Of a stretch of DNA of 64,000 bases, positions 1 to 13,304 are shown in pieces (position 1 is the stretch's first letter; each line of letters starts with the position of its first letter). Location: positions 11,098,001 through 11,162,000 of the forward strand of contig JBHGNT010000004.1 of NCBI GenBank assembly GCA_043228905.1. The letters run 5' to 3'. The translations under genes and the position numbers were made by a program. Below the pieces are notes generated by a model that was given only the letters and a program-made list of their open reading frames with translations, ran no database searches and was not told where the DNA came from. The DNA comes from Azolla caroliniana. Lineage: Eukaryota > Plantae > Polypodiophyta.

Positions 1-125
1 TGTAGAGATGGAGCAACACTTCTTTGTGCAAGATTCAGCTTCTCGTTATGTGATCATTGGGCAACCCTACATAATGTCATCAAGGATGGAGACTAAGGTG
101 TTCGAGAGTGGAGCAACGTTCTCAC
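1..125 (+). mobile_element. Probable Ty3/gypsy aspartic-protease remnant
   Basis: Frame 2 reads VEMEQHFFVQDSASRYVIIGQPYIMSSRMETKV, resembling the retropepsin C-terminal 'FFV...ILGxP' signature. No element ends visible. Confidence 0.35.
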
Positions 126-383
126 TTGAGTGAAGAGTCTTAACAGTGCGAGCTAATCATGAGCGGAACTGAGATGGGCTCATTATTAATGTAGGATTAC
201 TCCTTAGTTGTTCTGTTGGGTGTGCTGCTTCGCCAAGAGCTATGAAAGCGGTTGGTGGCACCTTAAAACTGGAGCCGGCATAACACTCGGAGATGAGGTC
301 TCGGATTTTTTAAGTCTACTACGCGCGCGCGCGTGTGTGTTTTCATATTTCGAAATCTACTTCCTGAGAAGAACCCAAAATAT

Positions 384-385
<2 letters not shown>

Positions 386-439
<54 letters not shown>

Positions 440-489
440 GCAGCCTGCAGGCAGAGAAACAGAGGCAGAGAGAGAGAGAGAGAGAGAGA
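386..489. repeat. (AC)n and (AG)n microsatellites in the LpxK 5' region
   Basis: (AC)n at ~386-436 and (AG)n at ~468-489, just upstream of ATG 499. Confidence 0.95.
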
Positions 490-498
490 AGGTGGGCA

Positions 499-3400
499 AT
501 GAAGCTGAGGCTTGCTCTGTCGCGAATAGCTTACGCAGACCCACATTCGTTATCCTCTGCAGACAAGTCTGTTCTCCCCATCCTTGGGCTCGGAAGCCTT
601 CTCTACGCATCTCTCTGCCTTCTTCGGCAAAAGCTCTATCAATGGGGCGTTTTCAAGTCAGTCAGGTCCATTCTCTCTCTTCAGCTCTTCTACAACCAGT
701 TTTTCACCTTTTCTTTTTCGCCTTTCCATTTTAATTTGTTTTACTGAGGGCACTTCCTTGGCTTAGCCACAAAATATTCAGCTTCTTCTTCATGTTAGCC
801 AGGCAGTTCATCAGTTCAACTTCCAGCCTTGTTGAACATGGATTATTATTCGAATTCTACAGTTTTTGAGGAACTGAATATCAGAAGTTTTCATTCTTCA
901 CTAGTCTCCCCTATCTTGTTTTGATGAACTTTTTAAAGACTAATAATATATGGAAGAAAAATTTGGATGCATCCAGAATAACATATTGTGAAATCTATAT
1001 CAGGAAAAAAAATTTGACATCATTTTCAATTTTGTGCAGAATGCCTATTCCAGTGATAAGTGTAGGCAACATAACATGGGGCGGAAATGGAAAGACACCT
1101 ATGGTTGAGTATCTTGCTTGGCAGTTTCTAGAATGTGGTATTTCTCCACTTATACTTACGCGGGTGAATTATTGGCCCTACTTCTGACAATGTTTTAGTA
1201 TCTTTTTGCATCATTATTAATTTCTCTATTGCTGGGCTTGCTCGTCTAGGGCTATGCTGGTGGGGATGAAGGAAGGCTACTTGAGAATCATCTACAAGGA
1301 ACTCCAGCAGTAGTTGGCATAGGTAGTAACAGGGTTAAGACAGCAACAACATTATTTCAGAAACATGGCTTAATGAGCACTGAAGACATAGTTGAAATGG
1401 CATCGAATCTGTGTCCTTATGCGAAGGGAATAGTTTATGATCAATCAAAATCTAAGAGATTATCAACATATGATCAGAATCATGGCATTGGTCTAATTCT
1501 TCTTGATGATGGTATGCAGGTATACACTTTTTTATACATTTTACGATATAGTAAACTAGCTGGTGGTGTCTAGTTCCTTTTTGATTTAACACTTGTGATA
1601 TTGGCTGGGATTCAGAAATTTTATGTCAGATGATAGCTTGATTCCACTTTTTTATTGTGTTGTGGAAGAATTCCCTCCTTAGGAAGACACATTAGAATCT
1701 ACTAAGCTGTCTCTTTTGATTTACCCAATGTAACCATGCTTCTACTCATGGAGTTTCTGTTTATCTACGTATCATGATTGTGTCGGAGGGTTGCAGCTCC
1801 AGACCTGCACTCTCTTTCATCTTTATTATCTCTGTACTACATTCTCTCTCTTCCCAAATTCTTTTCTCTCTAGAATTTGCAACTTTTTAAATGCCTTCTC
1901 TCTTTAGAATCTGCAATGCTTTAAATGCCTTTTGTCTCTTCCACTTTTTCCAAGATATTCCCATTTTTTATTTCTAGTTTATTGTACCTGTTTGGTAGTA
2001 CAAGAGTCTCTTAACTACCAAACAACTATTCCCAATTTTGTATAAATAGGCTTATACCAGCCTCTTTTGTAAGGTGATTATTTTCTGTTGCTACTTACAA
2101 ACAAGCACAACTCTTTGGCTGTGTCTCTACTCTTTGCAACCATTTTTTTCTACTACTGTCTAACAGCCTTCTCACAGCTTGGCTGTGACTATTTTGTTCT
2201 AACTCTTCCGCTGCTGCTATTAACAGCTTTTCTCACATGGTATCAGAGCAGTGAGGTCTCCATATCCTCAGCCTGATTTTTTTTTGCCAAAGAGCACACA
2301 GACCTATCTTCTTTTATCCCTCCCTCCCAACCTACAAAGGAGTTTTTTTTTTTTTTTTTTCTTTTCCCCTCATTTGAGCCTCACCTAGCATCTAGGGAGA
2401 AGTAGAAAGACCCTGACCATCTACTTACAACTGCTGTAAATTGTCCAGTTGTGGCTCAAGAGGAGGATATGCATGGCCTCACATGCCACGATTGTTTCAT
2501 CAACCATTCCCCAACTCCCCAAAGAGTCCATCTTGGATGGGAACAATTACTTGGATTGGGAGCTACAAATAAAGACCTTGCTACAATACCATCGTTTATG
2601 GAATGTAGTCAATGGTAGTGACAAGAAACCACCAGTAACTTCATCCTCTTCAACCAAATCAGTTGCTGGCTCATCTAACGCTGAGATTGAAGCGTGGCCA
2701 GATAAGGATTCTCGTGCCCATGCTTTCCTCATGTTTAATATTAAAATGAGCATCGCTCGTCAATTTCAAGATACAGATGAAGAGACAGCCAATGAACTAT
2801 GGACATCCATCAAAAAGAGGTACCATCGAGCTAATCATGCTCAAATGATAGCTATTGAGAACCAACTAGCTAATCTCAAGATTCATGACACTCCCAACAT
2901 CATGGATCAAATAACGCAATTTGTTACTCTCCAAAAGGAACTAGTTTCTTTGGGAAGCAAGTCAACTGAAGTTGAGTTTGTGCATTGTCTAATGATAAAG
3001 TTGCCTGAGTCATTCTCAGCTTTTTGTGACACAATTTCTCTTCTTCCCAACACACCTGATATGAATACATTTCTTGGCATGCTACAAGATAGGGCAACAA
3101 GGAAGAAAAGTGCTCAAACTTTCAATGAGACACTTCTACATGCGAGAAGTATGGCAAGTGGAAGCAAAATGGTAACTCCTACAACAAACCCAATCCAAGA
3201 CCACCAAACAACCCAGCCTACAAGGAGCTCACTTGTCATTATTGTGTCTACAAAGGTCACATTCAACCTGATTGTTGGAAAAAGAAAAGGGACAATGCTA
3301 AGAACTCTTCTTCTACCGAAAATCAACCTACACCGAAATCCAACTCGGCCCACTCAGCCCACTCAGCCCACTCAGCCAAATAAACAATTTTCATTGGCAT

Positions 3401-6400
3401 TGAGGAACATACTTCACATTTGGCTGGACCAACTATCTCAACCATTGATGAGTGGTTAGTAGATAGTGGTGCTACTTCACACATGACCTATGACAAATCC
3501 ATTTTGCATTATGTGAAACCTAGCTCCTCCCAAATCTCCATAGGAGATGCCGCAAGCATTGAGGCTTCATGTGTGGGTAATGTGTTTCTTAACAATTCTT
3601 CAAATGAAGAACCTGTCATTCTTCAAGATGTGCTACATGTGCCTCGCATCTTTGCCAACCTACTTTTAGTTTACAAAATCACTAAGCAAGGTTATGGAGT
3701 ATACTTTGATAGCTCAGTTTTGGAAGTCATTGACACCAACAACCTACAAATTGTAGCTAGTGGCACACAAGAAGGGGGTTTATACCGCCTGAAAAGTTCC
3801 CATAGCCCCTTGGAAAAGTCCAAATCTCATCTTCTTTATCTTCTTCAAGGCTCTTATGCGTTGGTGGCACAAGAAGATCCCACGTTGTGGCATGCTAGGT
3901 TTGGTCATCTCAACTATGATTCTCTTCAAAAGCTCTTCTCTTCCCAACTAGTTGAGGGTCTTCCTATTTTCAAAACTCCCAAGCAACATCGAGAGCCTTT
4001 CCCTCATGAAGCCACTCACCGTGCAACGTCTATCTTGGAGTTAGTGCACATGGATCTTTGTGGTTCCATGAAAACCACTACTCTTGGTGGTGCATGCTAC
4101 TTCATGCTCATCATTGATGATTTCTACCGCAAGGTTTGGGTTTATTTTCTTGTGGAAAAATTGCAAGCCCTCACAAAATTTCAAGAATGGGTAGCTCTCG
4201 TGGAGAACGAGACATCGAAGAAAGTTCGAAAGATCAAGTTGGACAATGGTGGAGAGTTTATCTCCTAAGCTTTCCACCATTTCTGCTCTCAACGAGGCAT
4301 TGCTCGCCAATTTTTTACACCCAATACTCCTCAACAAAATGGAGTCGTGGAAAGGAAGAACCGGACAGTCCAAGAGATGGCTCGTACAATGCTATCTCAA
4401 TTTGACCTTCCTCTCTCGTTTAGGGGTGAAGCTGTCAACACAGCAGTCTACATCATCAACTGTTGCCCAACAAAAGCAGTTGCTAGAATGACGCCTGCAG
4501 AAGCATTTACAGGTGTAAAGCCCTCAGTATCTCACTTTAAAGTCTTTGGTTGTGATGCTTATGTTCACATTTCAGATCATAAAAGGACGAAATTTGAGTC
4601 CAAAATGAAGAAATGCAAATTTCTTGGTTACAGCACACAATCTAAAGCGTACAGGTTATGGGATTTAGAGTCAAAGTCCCTAGTCATCTCTAGGGATGTT
4701 CATTTTGTGGAGTCTCAGCTGGATGATTCTAGGATTTCACCTGAGTTCATGGTTGAAATCCCAGCTCCTTCGGAATCTCCTATTTTAGACGAAGATGTCT
4801 CATCATCAAGCCCCCCATCTCCTCCTACTCGATCTCTAACTTTGCCAACAATTTAATCCTCTTCCTCAACTCTACTTGTTTCCCCTCCCTCTACAAACCA
4901 GCTTCCACCACTTCCCAAGTGGCTTCAAGCCACCATTTGTGATTCTCATCTCTCCGATGCTGAACTTCATGAGTATACATCTGGTTCTCGAACACGTAAG
5001 TCACAACGGCCGCTGCATTCATGCAACTTTGCCTTATTGTGCATTGTTGTGCAATCCAAAGAACGCACAACAACAAAAGAGGCCCTTGTTCTTCCAAAGT
5101 GGAAAGCAGCAATGGAAGTTGAACTTGATTCCATTGAGCGGAATCATACATGGGAGCTGGTCCCACGGCCTCCACATCGACAAGTCATTGGACTGAAATG
5201 GATTTTCAAGAACAAATACCATGCTGATGGTACTTTGGATAAGCACAAGGCACGTTTAGTGGCAAAAGGCTACTCACAAGTCGAAGGAGTGGATTACGAG
5301 GAAACTTTTGCTCCAACAACAAGGTACACCTCTATCCGATGTGCTCTTGCACTTGTTGCTCACAACAAATGGCCCATTTTTCAAATGGATGTCAAGTCAG
5401 CCTTCCTTAATGGTGACTTGAAAGAGGAGGTTTATGTTCAACAACCTCCAGGTTTCGAGATTTTAGAGCAGAAAAACATGGTCTACAGGTTACACAAAGC
5501 CTTGTATGGCTTAAAGCAAGCTCCCAAAGCTTGGCATGACAAAATTGATAGCTTCTTTCTCTCTCTTGGGTTTCAAAACTGTAATGCTGACAACAATCTC
5601 TATGTTTTTTCCCAAGATAATTTGCTTTGCTTGATCATATTATATGTTGACGACCTTCTAATTACAGGGTCCCTTGCATCTAAAATCGAGGAGGTCCGTG
5701 CTGACCTCAAAACAACCTTTGAAATGATTGATCTAGGACTTCTCCATTATTTCATAGGTATGGAGGTCTATCAATCACATGGTGGTATCTTTCTCAGCCA
5801 ACATAGGTATCTCAGGCAGCTCCTTGAGACCTATAGCATGTCAAATTGCAAGCCACTCTCCTGTCCAATGGATCCAAACTCAAAGCTATCTCGTGAAGAC
5901 AATTCTCCCATATTTGAGGATATCATGAAATATAGAAGGTTAATTGGGTCCCTTCTTCACTTAACTTATACCAGGCTTGATTTGTCCTATAGCGTGAGTA
6001 TTCTCAGCCAATTCTCAACTGCTCCAAGACAGTCATTGGCAAGCAGCTATTCGAGTTCTTCGGTATTTGGCCAACACACTCGACTATGGTCTGTCTTTTG
6101 GAGGCTGCATTGAGCTTGTTGGCTACTCAGATGCTGATTGGGTAGGTGATATTGATTCTAGAAGGTTCACATCTGGCTATTGTTTTATGTTAGGTTCAAG
6201 CTTGATTTCTTGGAAATCAAAGAAGCAAAACTCAGTGTCTACTTTATCGATGGAAGCTGAATATTGCACCTACTTGGATACTTGCTGTGAGTTGCTATGG
6301 TTAATGCAATTGTTTTCTCACATTCGTGTTTTGCAAGACTCTCCTATTGCAATTTTCACCGACAGCCAAAGTGCCCGTGCCTTGGCACATAGCTCAGCAT

Positions 6401-9400
6401 TTCATGGTAGAACAAAACACATCTAAGTGCACTACCATTTTGTTCGTGAATTAGTAAAGTCACAAGTCATCAACTTGGCATATTGCCCTACTCAAGGAAA
6501 TGTGGCTGATTTATTTACTAAGCCGCTTCCAAGGCAAGCCATTGATTAGCTCCTTGATCGACTCAATGTTGGACCACCGTTCTGGAGCTGAGAGGAGGTG
6601 TTGGAGGGTGACAGCTCCAGACTTGCACTCTCTTTCATCTTTATTATCTCTGTACTACATTCTCTCTTCCCAGATTCTTTTCTCTCTAGAATCTGCAACT
6701 TTTTAAATGCCTTCTCTCTCTAGAATCTGCAATGCTTTAAATGCCTTTTGTCTCTTCCACTTTTTCCAAGATATTCCCTTTTTTTATTCCTAGTTTATTG
6801 TACTTGTTTGGTAGTACAAGTGTCTCTTAACTACCAAACAACTATTCCCAATTTTGTATAAATAGGCTTATACCAGCCTCTTTTGTAAGGAGATTATTTT
6901 CTGCTGCTACTTACAAACAAGCACAACTCTTTGGCTGTGTCTCTACTCTTTGCAACCATTTTTTTCTACTACTGTCTAACAGCCTTCTCACAGCTTGGCT
7001 GTGTCTATTTTGTTCTAACTCTTCCGCTGCTGCTATTAACAGCTTTTCTCACAGATTGGTAGCACTGCGTATGTTGCAACATCCATGATATTAAAACCGA
7101 ATCGTAATGTGAGTAGCAGAATCCTGAAATCAGTACATCCTCATAAACTTAGCATTCAGATTATGTGCTTGGACTACAGCATGCCTAGCATCCAAATCAT
7201 GTGCTTAGTTCTTACATGTCTGTTAGTTTCAAAGGAACACAAAGCCTTAAACTAAATGGTAAATAATATGTTTAGACGACATGGCTAGATTTTTGCAAGT
7301 CTAAACCCATGTGGTCAATTGACAGAAAATTTGTGTCCTGTTTCAGCACTTCAAAATGAAGAGAGATATAGAAATTGTCATGATTAATGCATTGTCACTT
7401 TTTGGAAATGAGAAGCTGATACCTCGCGGTCCATTGCGGGAACCTTTGTCTGCACTGGCTCGTGCCGATATTCTTGTAATTCATCATGCAAATCTGGTAT
7501 GTTATAAAGTATTCTCAATTCTGTATTCATATTTTGATGGAATTTGAAAGGTGACTTTGTACACATGATAATTGGTGATTCCAATTTCCAAAAACAGTAT
7601 GGGCTGTGAATATGAACCCCTAGACAAAGAATGAATCACTGATATCAGCCAAAACAAATTGACACTGATGCTTCCAAAGAAGAACCAGAGAACAGGATAG
7701 AGTTTTGGAAAGAAACATATGACTTAAAACCTATTTATTCCAGAAGGCTGAATGGATTTGTCATGGTTCACATGTCCCATGGTAAGATCTCCTTGTGTGA
7801 CTTCATGTATTTGATTATTTTGCATGTCTGTTGGTAGCCGATGTGAACTCTGCTTGATCTGTCCTATGACACCAGTGAGGGTCTAGAGGTGGAGCCTTGG
7901 TGTTTTACTGTAAATAATGCTTATCATGCCACTATAGAGGCTTCTATATCCATCTTATTTATTTTAGCCATGTGCATGCAATAGAGAAGCACGATATCAA
8001 CTCCTATGGATGATAGTTTATCAGGCAGGGAAGCGTCAGCATGTGGATTTTATTTATGATTGTTTCAGAATAATACAGCTATCTGTTGATATCCTAGAGA
8101 GAGCGTGGGAGTGGAAATTTGTTTACATTTTGGGTACAAGCAGGTCTCGCATGAAAGATTGAAGTCCATCAAGAAAATGCTCGCGGGAGCTCTTTGCTAT
8201 AACGCTGCTGTGTGCTGTAGCAAGATGCTTCCACGTATGCTTTTTAAGATTCCAAGTGCGACAACTGCATCTTTCAGCACAGAACTAATGGTATCATTGG
8301 ATGTTTTAAAAGGGGCATATGTTTTGTGTGTCTCTGGGATAGGCTGCCCAAAATCACTGTCCTTCATTTTGGAGAAGGTAATGTTTTCTTTCAAAGGCCA
8401 TTTTCTTATTTTCCTTGAAAATCAAGAATTTGTTCTATTGCATTCTAGGTAGGTAAAACTCGGGTATATCCCTCCCTTTTTCTTTATTTCCCCAAATGCC
8501 CTTGATTAATGTCATTAAGAACAATGATAATGGTTTATCAGTTCACCCTGTCTCTATCTCTTTCAATGGTTAATTGAGGCTGTTCAGAGAATGAACAACT
8601 CAAGAGGTATTTCTGAAATTTTCCCTTCATGGTGTTGAAGTGACTTGTGCAAACTGTGTTCTCCTTCCATCCAAGGAACATTTGGTCAACTAATGCTGCA
8701 ATTTCGACTTGTTTGGAGTATTATCTAAACTGTAGGATAGATCTAGTGAAGGAAGCTGAAGCAAGTTATATATATATATATATTCTTGTTTTTCCTTCTA
8801 TCTTTTTTCAGTTATTTAATTTTAGTCTATCTGTTTTCAGCTAGGAGCTGCCTTTATAGAACCTTTGGAGTTTCCTGATCATCATCACTTCCAGTCTAAG
8901 GTTGGATTTGTTTGAGCTCTTCTAAACCATAGTTTTGGCTTCTTTTTTTAATATAATATTGAAATTTATAACAATACAGCAATAGTTAAATGGGTGACAT
9001 TGTAAAGTTATGCATCGAAATTCCAGTTTTTATCAGTTCGATGACTTCTAGACAAGTGTGTTTATTACTTTGATGTGATGAACGAACTTGTATATGAGGT
9101 TTATATTTTAATATAAACTTGAAAGTATGGCTTTTATTAGAAATCCCTCTAATTTTCATGCACTGCAGGAGATATTTCTCATCAAGGAGAGACTGTCTAT
9201 ACTTCAATCAAAGGTAGCATCAGTCCCCCTTGTGCTGCTCACAGAGAAGGTTAGGGAGTGCAATTCCATTTTTGTGTTCTCACTTTGATTTATTAAAACG
9301 TAAATGTTTTTGAGTTTTCTCTGTTCTCTGCAGGACTATGCACGAAACCCTGAGATTTTCAATATTCCACAGTGTGATTTTGATGTTTTCATTCTGCATT

Positions 9401-9489
9401 CTACTTTGGAGATTGAAGATAACTCAGAAGCTACTTTGGATATTCGTTATATCATTGCACAGAAGATCCAGAAATGGAAATATGTTTAA
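499..9489 (+). CDS. LPXK: Tetraacyldisaccharide (lipid A) 4'-kinase, plant LpxK; 8 exons, about 413 aa
   Basis: GT-AG exons 499-665, 1040-1163, 1250-1519, 7347-7496, 8144-8377, 8841-8900, 9169-9249, 9334-9489 join in frame (1242 nt). Motifs: [17 protein letters not shown] (P-loop), [45 protein letters not shown]-terminus [12 protein letters not shown] resembles plant LpxK. Confidence 0.93.
1781..7053 (+). mobile_element. Full-length degenerate Ty1/copia LTR retrotransposon in LpxK intron 3
   Basis: LTRs 1781-2237 and 6599-7053 (TG...CA, a few substitutions); TSD GATTG (1776-1780/7054-7058); PBS TGGTATCAGAGC 2238-2249 (tRNA-iMet); PPT GAGAGGAGG before 3' LTR. Confidence 0.97.
2471..6590 (+). 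pseudogene. Copia gag-PR-INT-RT-RH polyprotein, frameshifted and with stops
   Basis: ORF pieces 2449-3459 (gag), 3420-4268 ([21 protein letters not shown]), 4347-4856 (INT C-term), 5037-6113 ([12 protein letters not shown]), 6067-6426 (YSDADW, RTKHI). Confidence 0.93.
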
Positions 9490-10332
9490 GTTCTCTTGAT
9501 GTTATAGTTTCCCTGGCCCTAATTTTGAAGACTTTTGATTAAATGAATCATTCACCAAACTTTTCCTTCCTCTGACGGTGATTGGCTCAGTGTTTTTATC
9601 GTATTATCTATAGACTAGAGGAGTGTAGTTGACCCCATATGAAGTAAAATGTTTTGAAAACATGTACATGCAATGAATCAAGTATGGCAATGGGTGGCAT
9701 ATCTTTGTTATTGTTCTTTATGTTTGCTACCATTGACAAAAAAAATAGTATGATTTTCATACATCCTTGTCTTATGCCTGAATCATCGTATTTTACACTA
9801 ATGTTTCTCATTATACCAGAGGCCATTTTCTTCACAGCAAGCTATTTAGTACAAGACAGCTATGTAATTCATCATATGATCATGAAATCTGTTCAAAGAC
9901 ACCCTCAGGAACCCCTCCCATTCTTTCCTCTTCAAAGACACAGTTTATGTAAGAAGGAAAACTTGTATCAAGTTCAAATTTTAAATTTTTTATGAAGGTG
10001 GTCATTCAGCAGCAATAAGGGACTGTAAAGTTGGATCCAAAAGCAGGAAGTGCGTTAAAAGAACTTAGTTCATAAAATTGGATTTGCTATGGTAAATGAG
10101 GAAAGAGTTTTAGTATATTTATGAAAATCATGTGTGAATATGTGTTGCCAATTGGGAGGGCCAAAATTTCCTCCATTGAGAAGCTTGGGATGACACTTAA
10201 AGCAGTACAACTGAATTCATGAAAATTGACCGGGCAGCTGAACACAAAGCACAACTTTTATCATCCAAGACATTCTAATGCAATCTGGCAATGGCTGACA
10301 CTTTTCTTGCACCTTCCCAGACTGCTTATATT

Positions 10333-10950
10333 CACTAGCCTTCTTTCTAATCATGTCTTGGAATGGAATCAACACCTATAATGTAATTCAGAACAATGCG
10401 GCATTTACTGATGCTTGTATATGCACCTTCTCATGCTTTTTTTATGCACTAGCCTGCTTTCTAATCATGTCTTGAAATGACATTAAGACCTGTATAACAT
10501 AATTCAGAACAATGTGGCATTGACTGATGCTTATATATGCACCTCCTCATGCTTCTTTTATGTGCTAGCATTGTTTCTAATCATGTCTTGAAATGACATT
10601 AACACCTGTATAACATAAATTCAGAACAATATGGCATTCACTGATGCTTGTATATGAACCTTCTCATGCTTCTTTTATGAGCTAGCCTTCTTTCTAATCA
10701 TGTCTTGAAATGACATTAACACCTGTATAACATAATTCAGAACAATATGATATGCACCTTCTCATGCTTCTTTTATGCGCTAGCCTTCTTTCTAATCTTG
10801 TCTTGAAATGACATTAACACCTGTATAACATAATTCAGAACAATGTGGCGTTGACTTAAGCTTGTCTATGCACCTTCTCATGCTTCTTTTATGCACTAGC
10901 CTTCTTTCTAATCATGTGTAGGAATGACATTAACACCTGTATGACATAAT
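10333..10950. repeat. Tandem array, ~116-bp unit, ~5.5 copies
   Basis: Unit (c)actagccttctttctaatcatgtcttgaaatgacattaacacctgtataacataattcagaacaat... starts near 10333, 10447, 10563, 10680, 10778 and 10894; the unit ending at 10778 has an ~18-bp deletion. Confidence 0.92.
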
Positions 10951-12928
10951 CTGTATGCTTTCACATTGTGGAAAACTTAACTGGAGAGTGCGATGTACTC
11001 TGAATCTTGAAAAACATGTTTTATAATATCTTCATAGAAATATTTGTTAACATGTCTTGAAAAACGAATGCTACTGGGCCGTACATGCGAGAATTTTAAC
11101 GCGTGAAGAATCCTCGAAGTGGTATTCAGATTGCGAAGAGCATGCAGAAATGGTAGCGCGGAGAATCATAGCATGAAATTAAGGGATTTTGGAGCCAGTG
11201 GTATTGAAAGCAAATCATACATGTGATTAAAGATTAAAGAAAAGAACCCAACAAAATGAAGGTTTTTTGTTTTAAATTTGGAACTCTTAAGTCTCTTTGC
11301 TTTGATTTGCTTCTTTGTTTTTGGTTTGCTATTTTTCTTCCGCTTTCTTTTTAATTTTTTTAAATTTTCTTTTTTGGCTTTACCTTGGTGAAGTAGCTGT
11401 ATGAGATGAATATCTTGAAAGCATTGAAGAGCTTTCTGAAGGTCTGTTTTGGGCTATGGGACCAAGCTTCCAGCAGTATCTTCTCTCTCTTTCTCTCTCT
11501 TGTGGAGGGATGTAAGGGAAGGCCCTTGCATAACAATAGATTGGGTAGTCTTGGCCACAACCAGGGAGAGTTTTCTTCTTCTTCCAACACAGGCTAGCTT
11601 TGCCACAGAGAAGGAATGTCCCCATCTTTGAAGAAGGCAGAAGTAGCACAAGCTTCACCAGCATTATTAAATCGGAATTCAATTTACTGCACATTAGCCC
11701 TGCACCCTGAAACGAAAAAAAACACCATATTTTTTTTTGCAAAAGTTACGGTTTGGGCTTTGATTCATTGCACAATTGTAAACGGTAGGGTAAGGTTTGA
11801 TTTCTTCTTTCATAACGATATATTTCAGGGCTAGGCCTTGACTACTTATTAGGTTTTAGGTTTTATTTCTTAGGTAGAAAGGTATTGTCAGGGATATAGG
11901 GTTCCGTCCGTAGAGTGGGAATGATGTTCTAAGCGTTGGAATTTCTCTTTCATAGAGCAAGGAATTTAGGATGTTAGGATTCCGTTAAGGCTCTTCCACA
12001 CACAAAAGGGAAGGTCCATAGTGATAGGATTTTAGGTTATGGGGTGGATTTAAGGCAAAAGTAAAAATTAACAGGTTTTTGGGTCAGAGTTCACAAATAT
12101 TGGTTTTTAGGGTGGGGGATTTTTCAATGATATTTATCAGGGCCAGCATAGTAGGGCAACTATGGTCTGGGTGTTAGGGTTTTGAGATTAAAAAGTTTTT
12201 TAGGGTTATAGGTCAAGAATTATACCATGTGCTCGATTTCTCAATCGTAATCAAAACGTCTGATTCAACTGGGTTTTCAATGGATAGTATGTTCGACAAT
12301 ACTTTGGCTAAGGAGCTGACGTAATTGACCTCCTAATGGCGGCCACTCTTCTGATAAGTTCGTCGTGTGCTTTATCGTTCTTAGCTTTGAGTGCACGACA
12401 ATCGGCTTTGATGTGCTTGAGTTTCTTGCAATAGTTGCAAATTTGATTTTCCCGAGACTTGCTCCGACTTCGTTGATTGTTCGGCTGCAGGTAAGAACTT
12501 CTTCCTTGACTGTTTGGTTGGTCAGCCGATCCTTATACTACATAAGCTTCATCAGTCAAATCTTTTGCGAACGATTTCCTTCGAGCTGCTTCAGTCAGTA
12601 TTGCGCTCGTAACTTCGGAGTACTTCATAGCAACAGTAGAAGCATTGCACACAGTTGGGACGAAAGTTTCCCATTAAAGGGGGAGACAACTCATGAGTAA
12701 CGTTGCTCTAAGTTCATCTTCGATTGTCGTCCCCTAAACCGAAATATGGGAGCTTAAACTTTCGTACCCGTTCAGGTGTGCCTGGACCGAGTTGGATTCT
12801 TTAATCCGAAGGTTGTAAAGGCGCCAAATCAGATAGTTTTTTGTGGTAGCTACCTTCTTCTCATAAGTGTTTCACCATGTTTTCCACAGTTGAAAGGCGG
12901 TGAAACACGATTGGACTGTGAAGTACAC

Positions 12929-13257
12929 TATTGATCGGCAAGCTCAACCGGATCTGGATCGACTGAATAAGCTTGAGCCGGATCGGTGAGCCGGTGAGCC
13001 AGGGAGCTGGTTAGCCGGATCCAGCAGTAACTGGAAGCCTAGTAGCAGCCTAGACTACTAGGTAGTTAACGTCTCGTAGTTAGTGTTAGACGCTCATGTG
13101 AGCATTGAAGTACACCGTACTTCTGTCAGTCCTCTTAGGAATTGTATAAATAGTGTTGTTGAGCACGTTGTATGTACAGAGTATTTTATAGAGGTTTTGA
13201 TAATAGATTTACGTTGTTCTGCTCTCTCTCTGTCTCTCCTGCGTACCTTCTGTGTGT

Positions 13258-13304
<47 letters not shown>

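Noticed and set aside
208-498. N-terminal extension of LpxK and overlapping ORFs
   Set aside because: Read-through of AC/AG microsatellites; homology starts at ATG 499.
499-9489. LpxK as bacterial contamination or recent HGT
   Set aside because: Seven spliceosomal introns and a plant-type N-terminus; the gene is known in plants.
10333-10950. Array as CRISPR
   Set aside because: Whole units repeat with no unique spacers, no cas genes, eukaryotic context.
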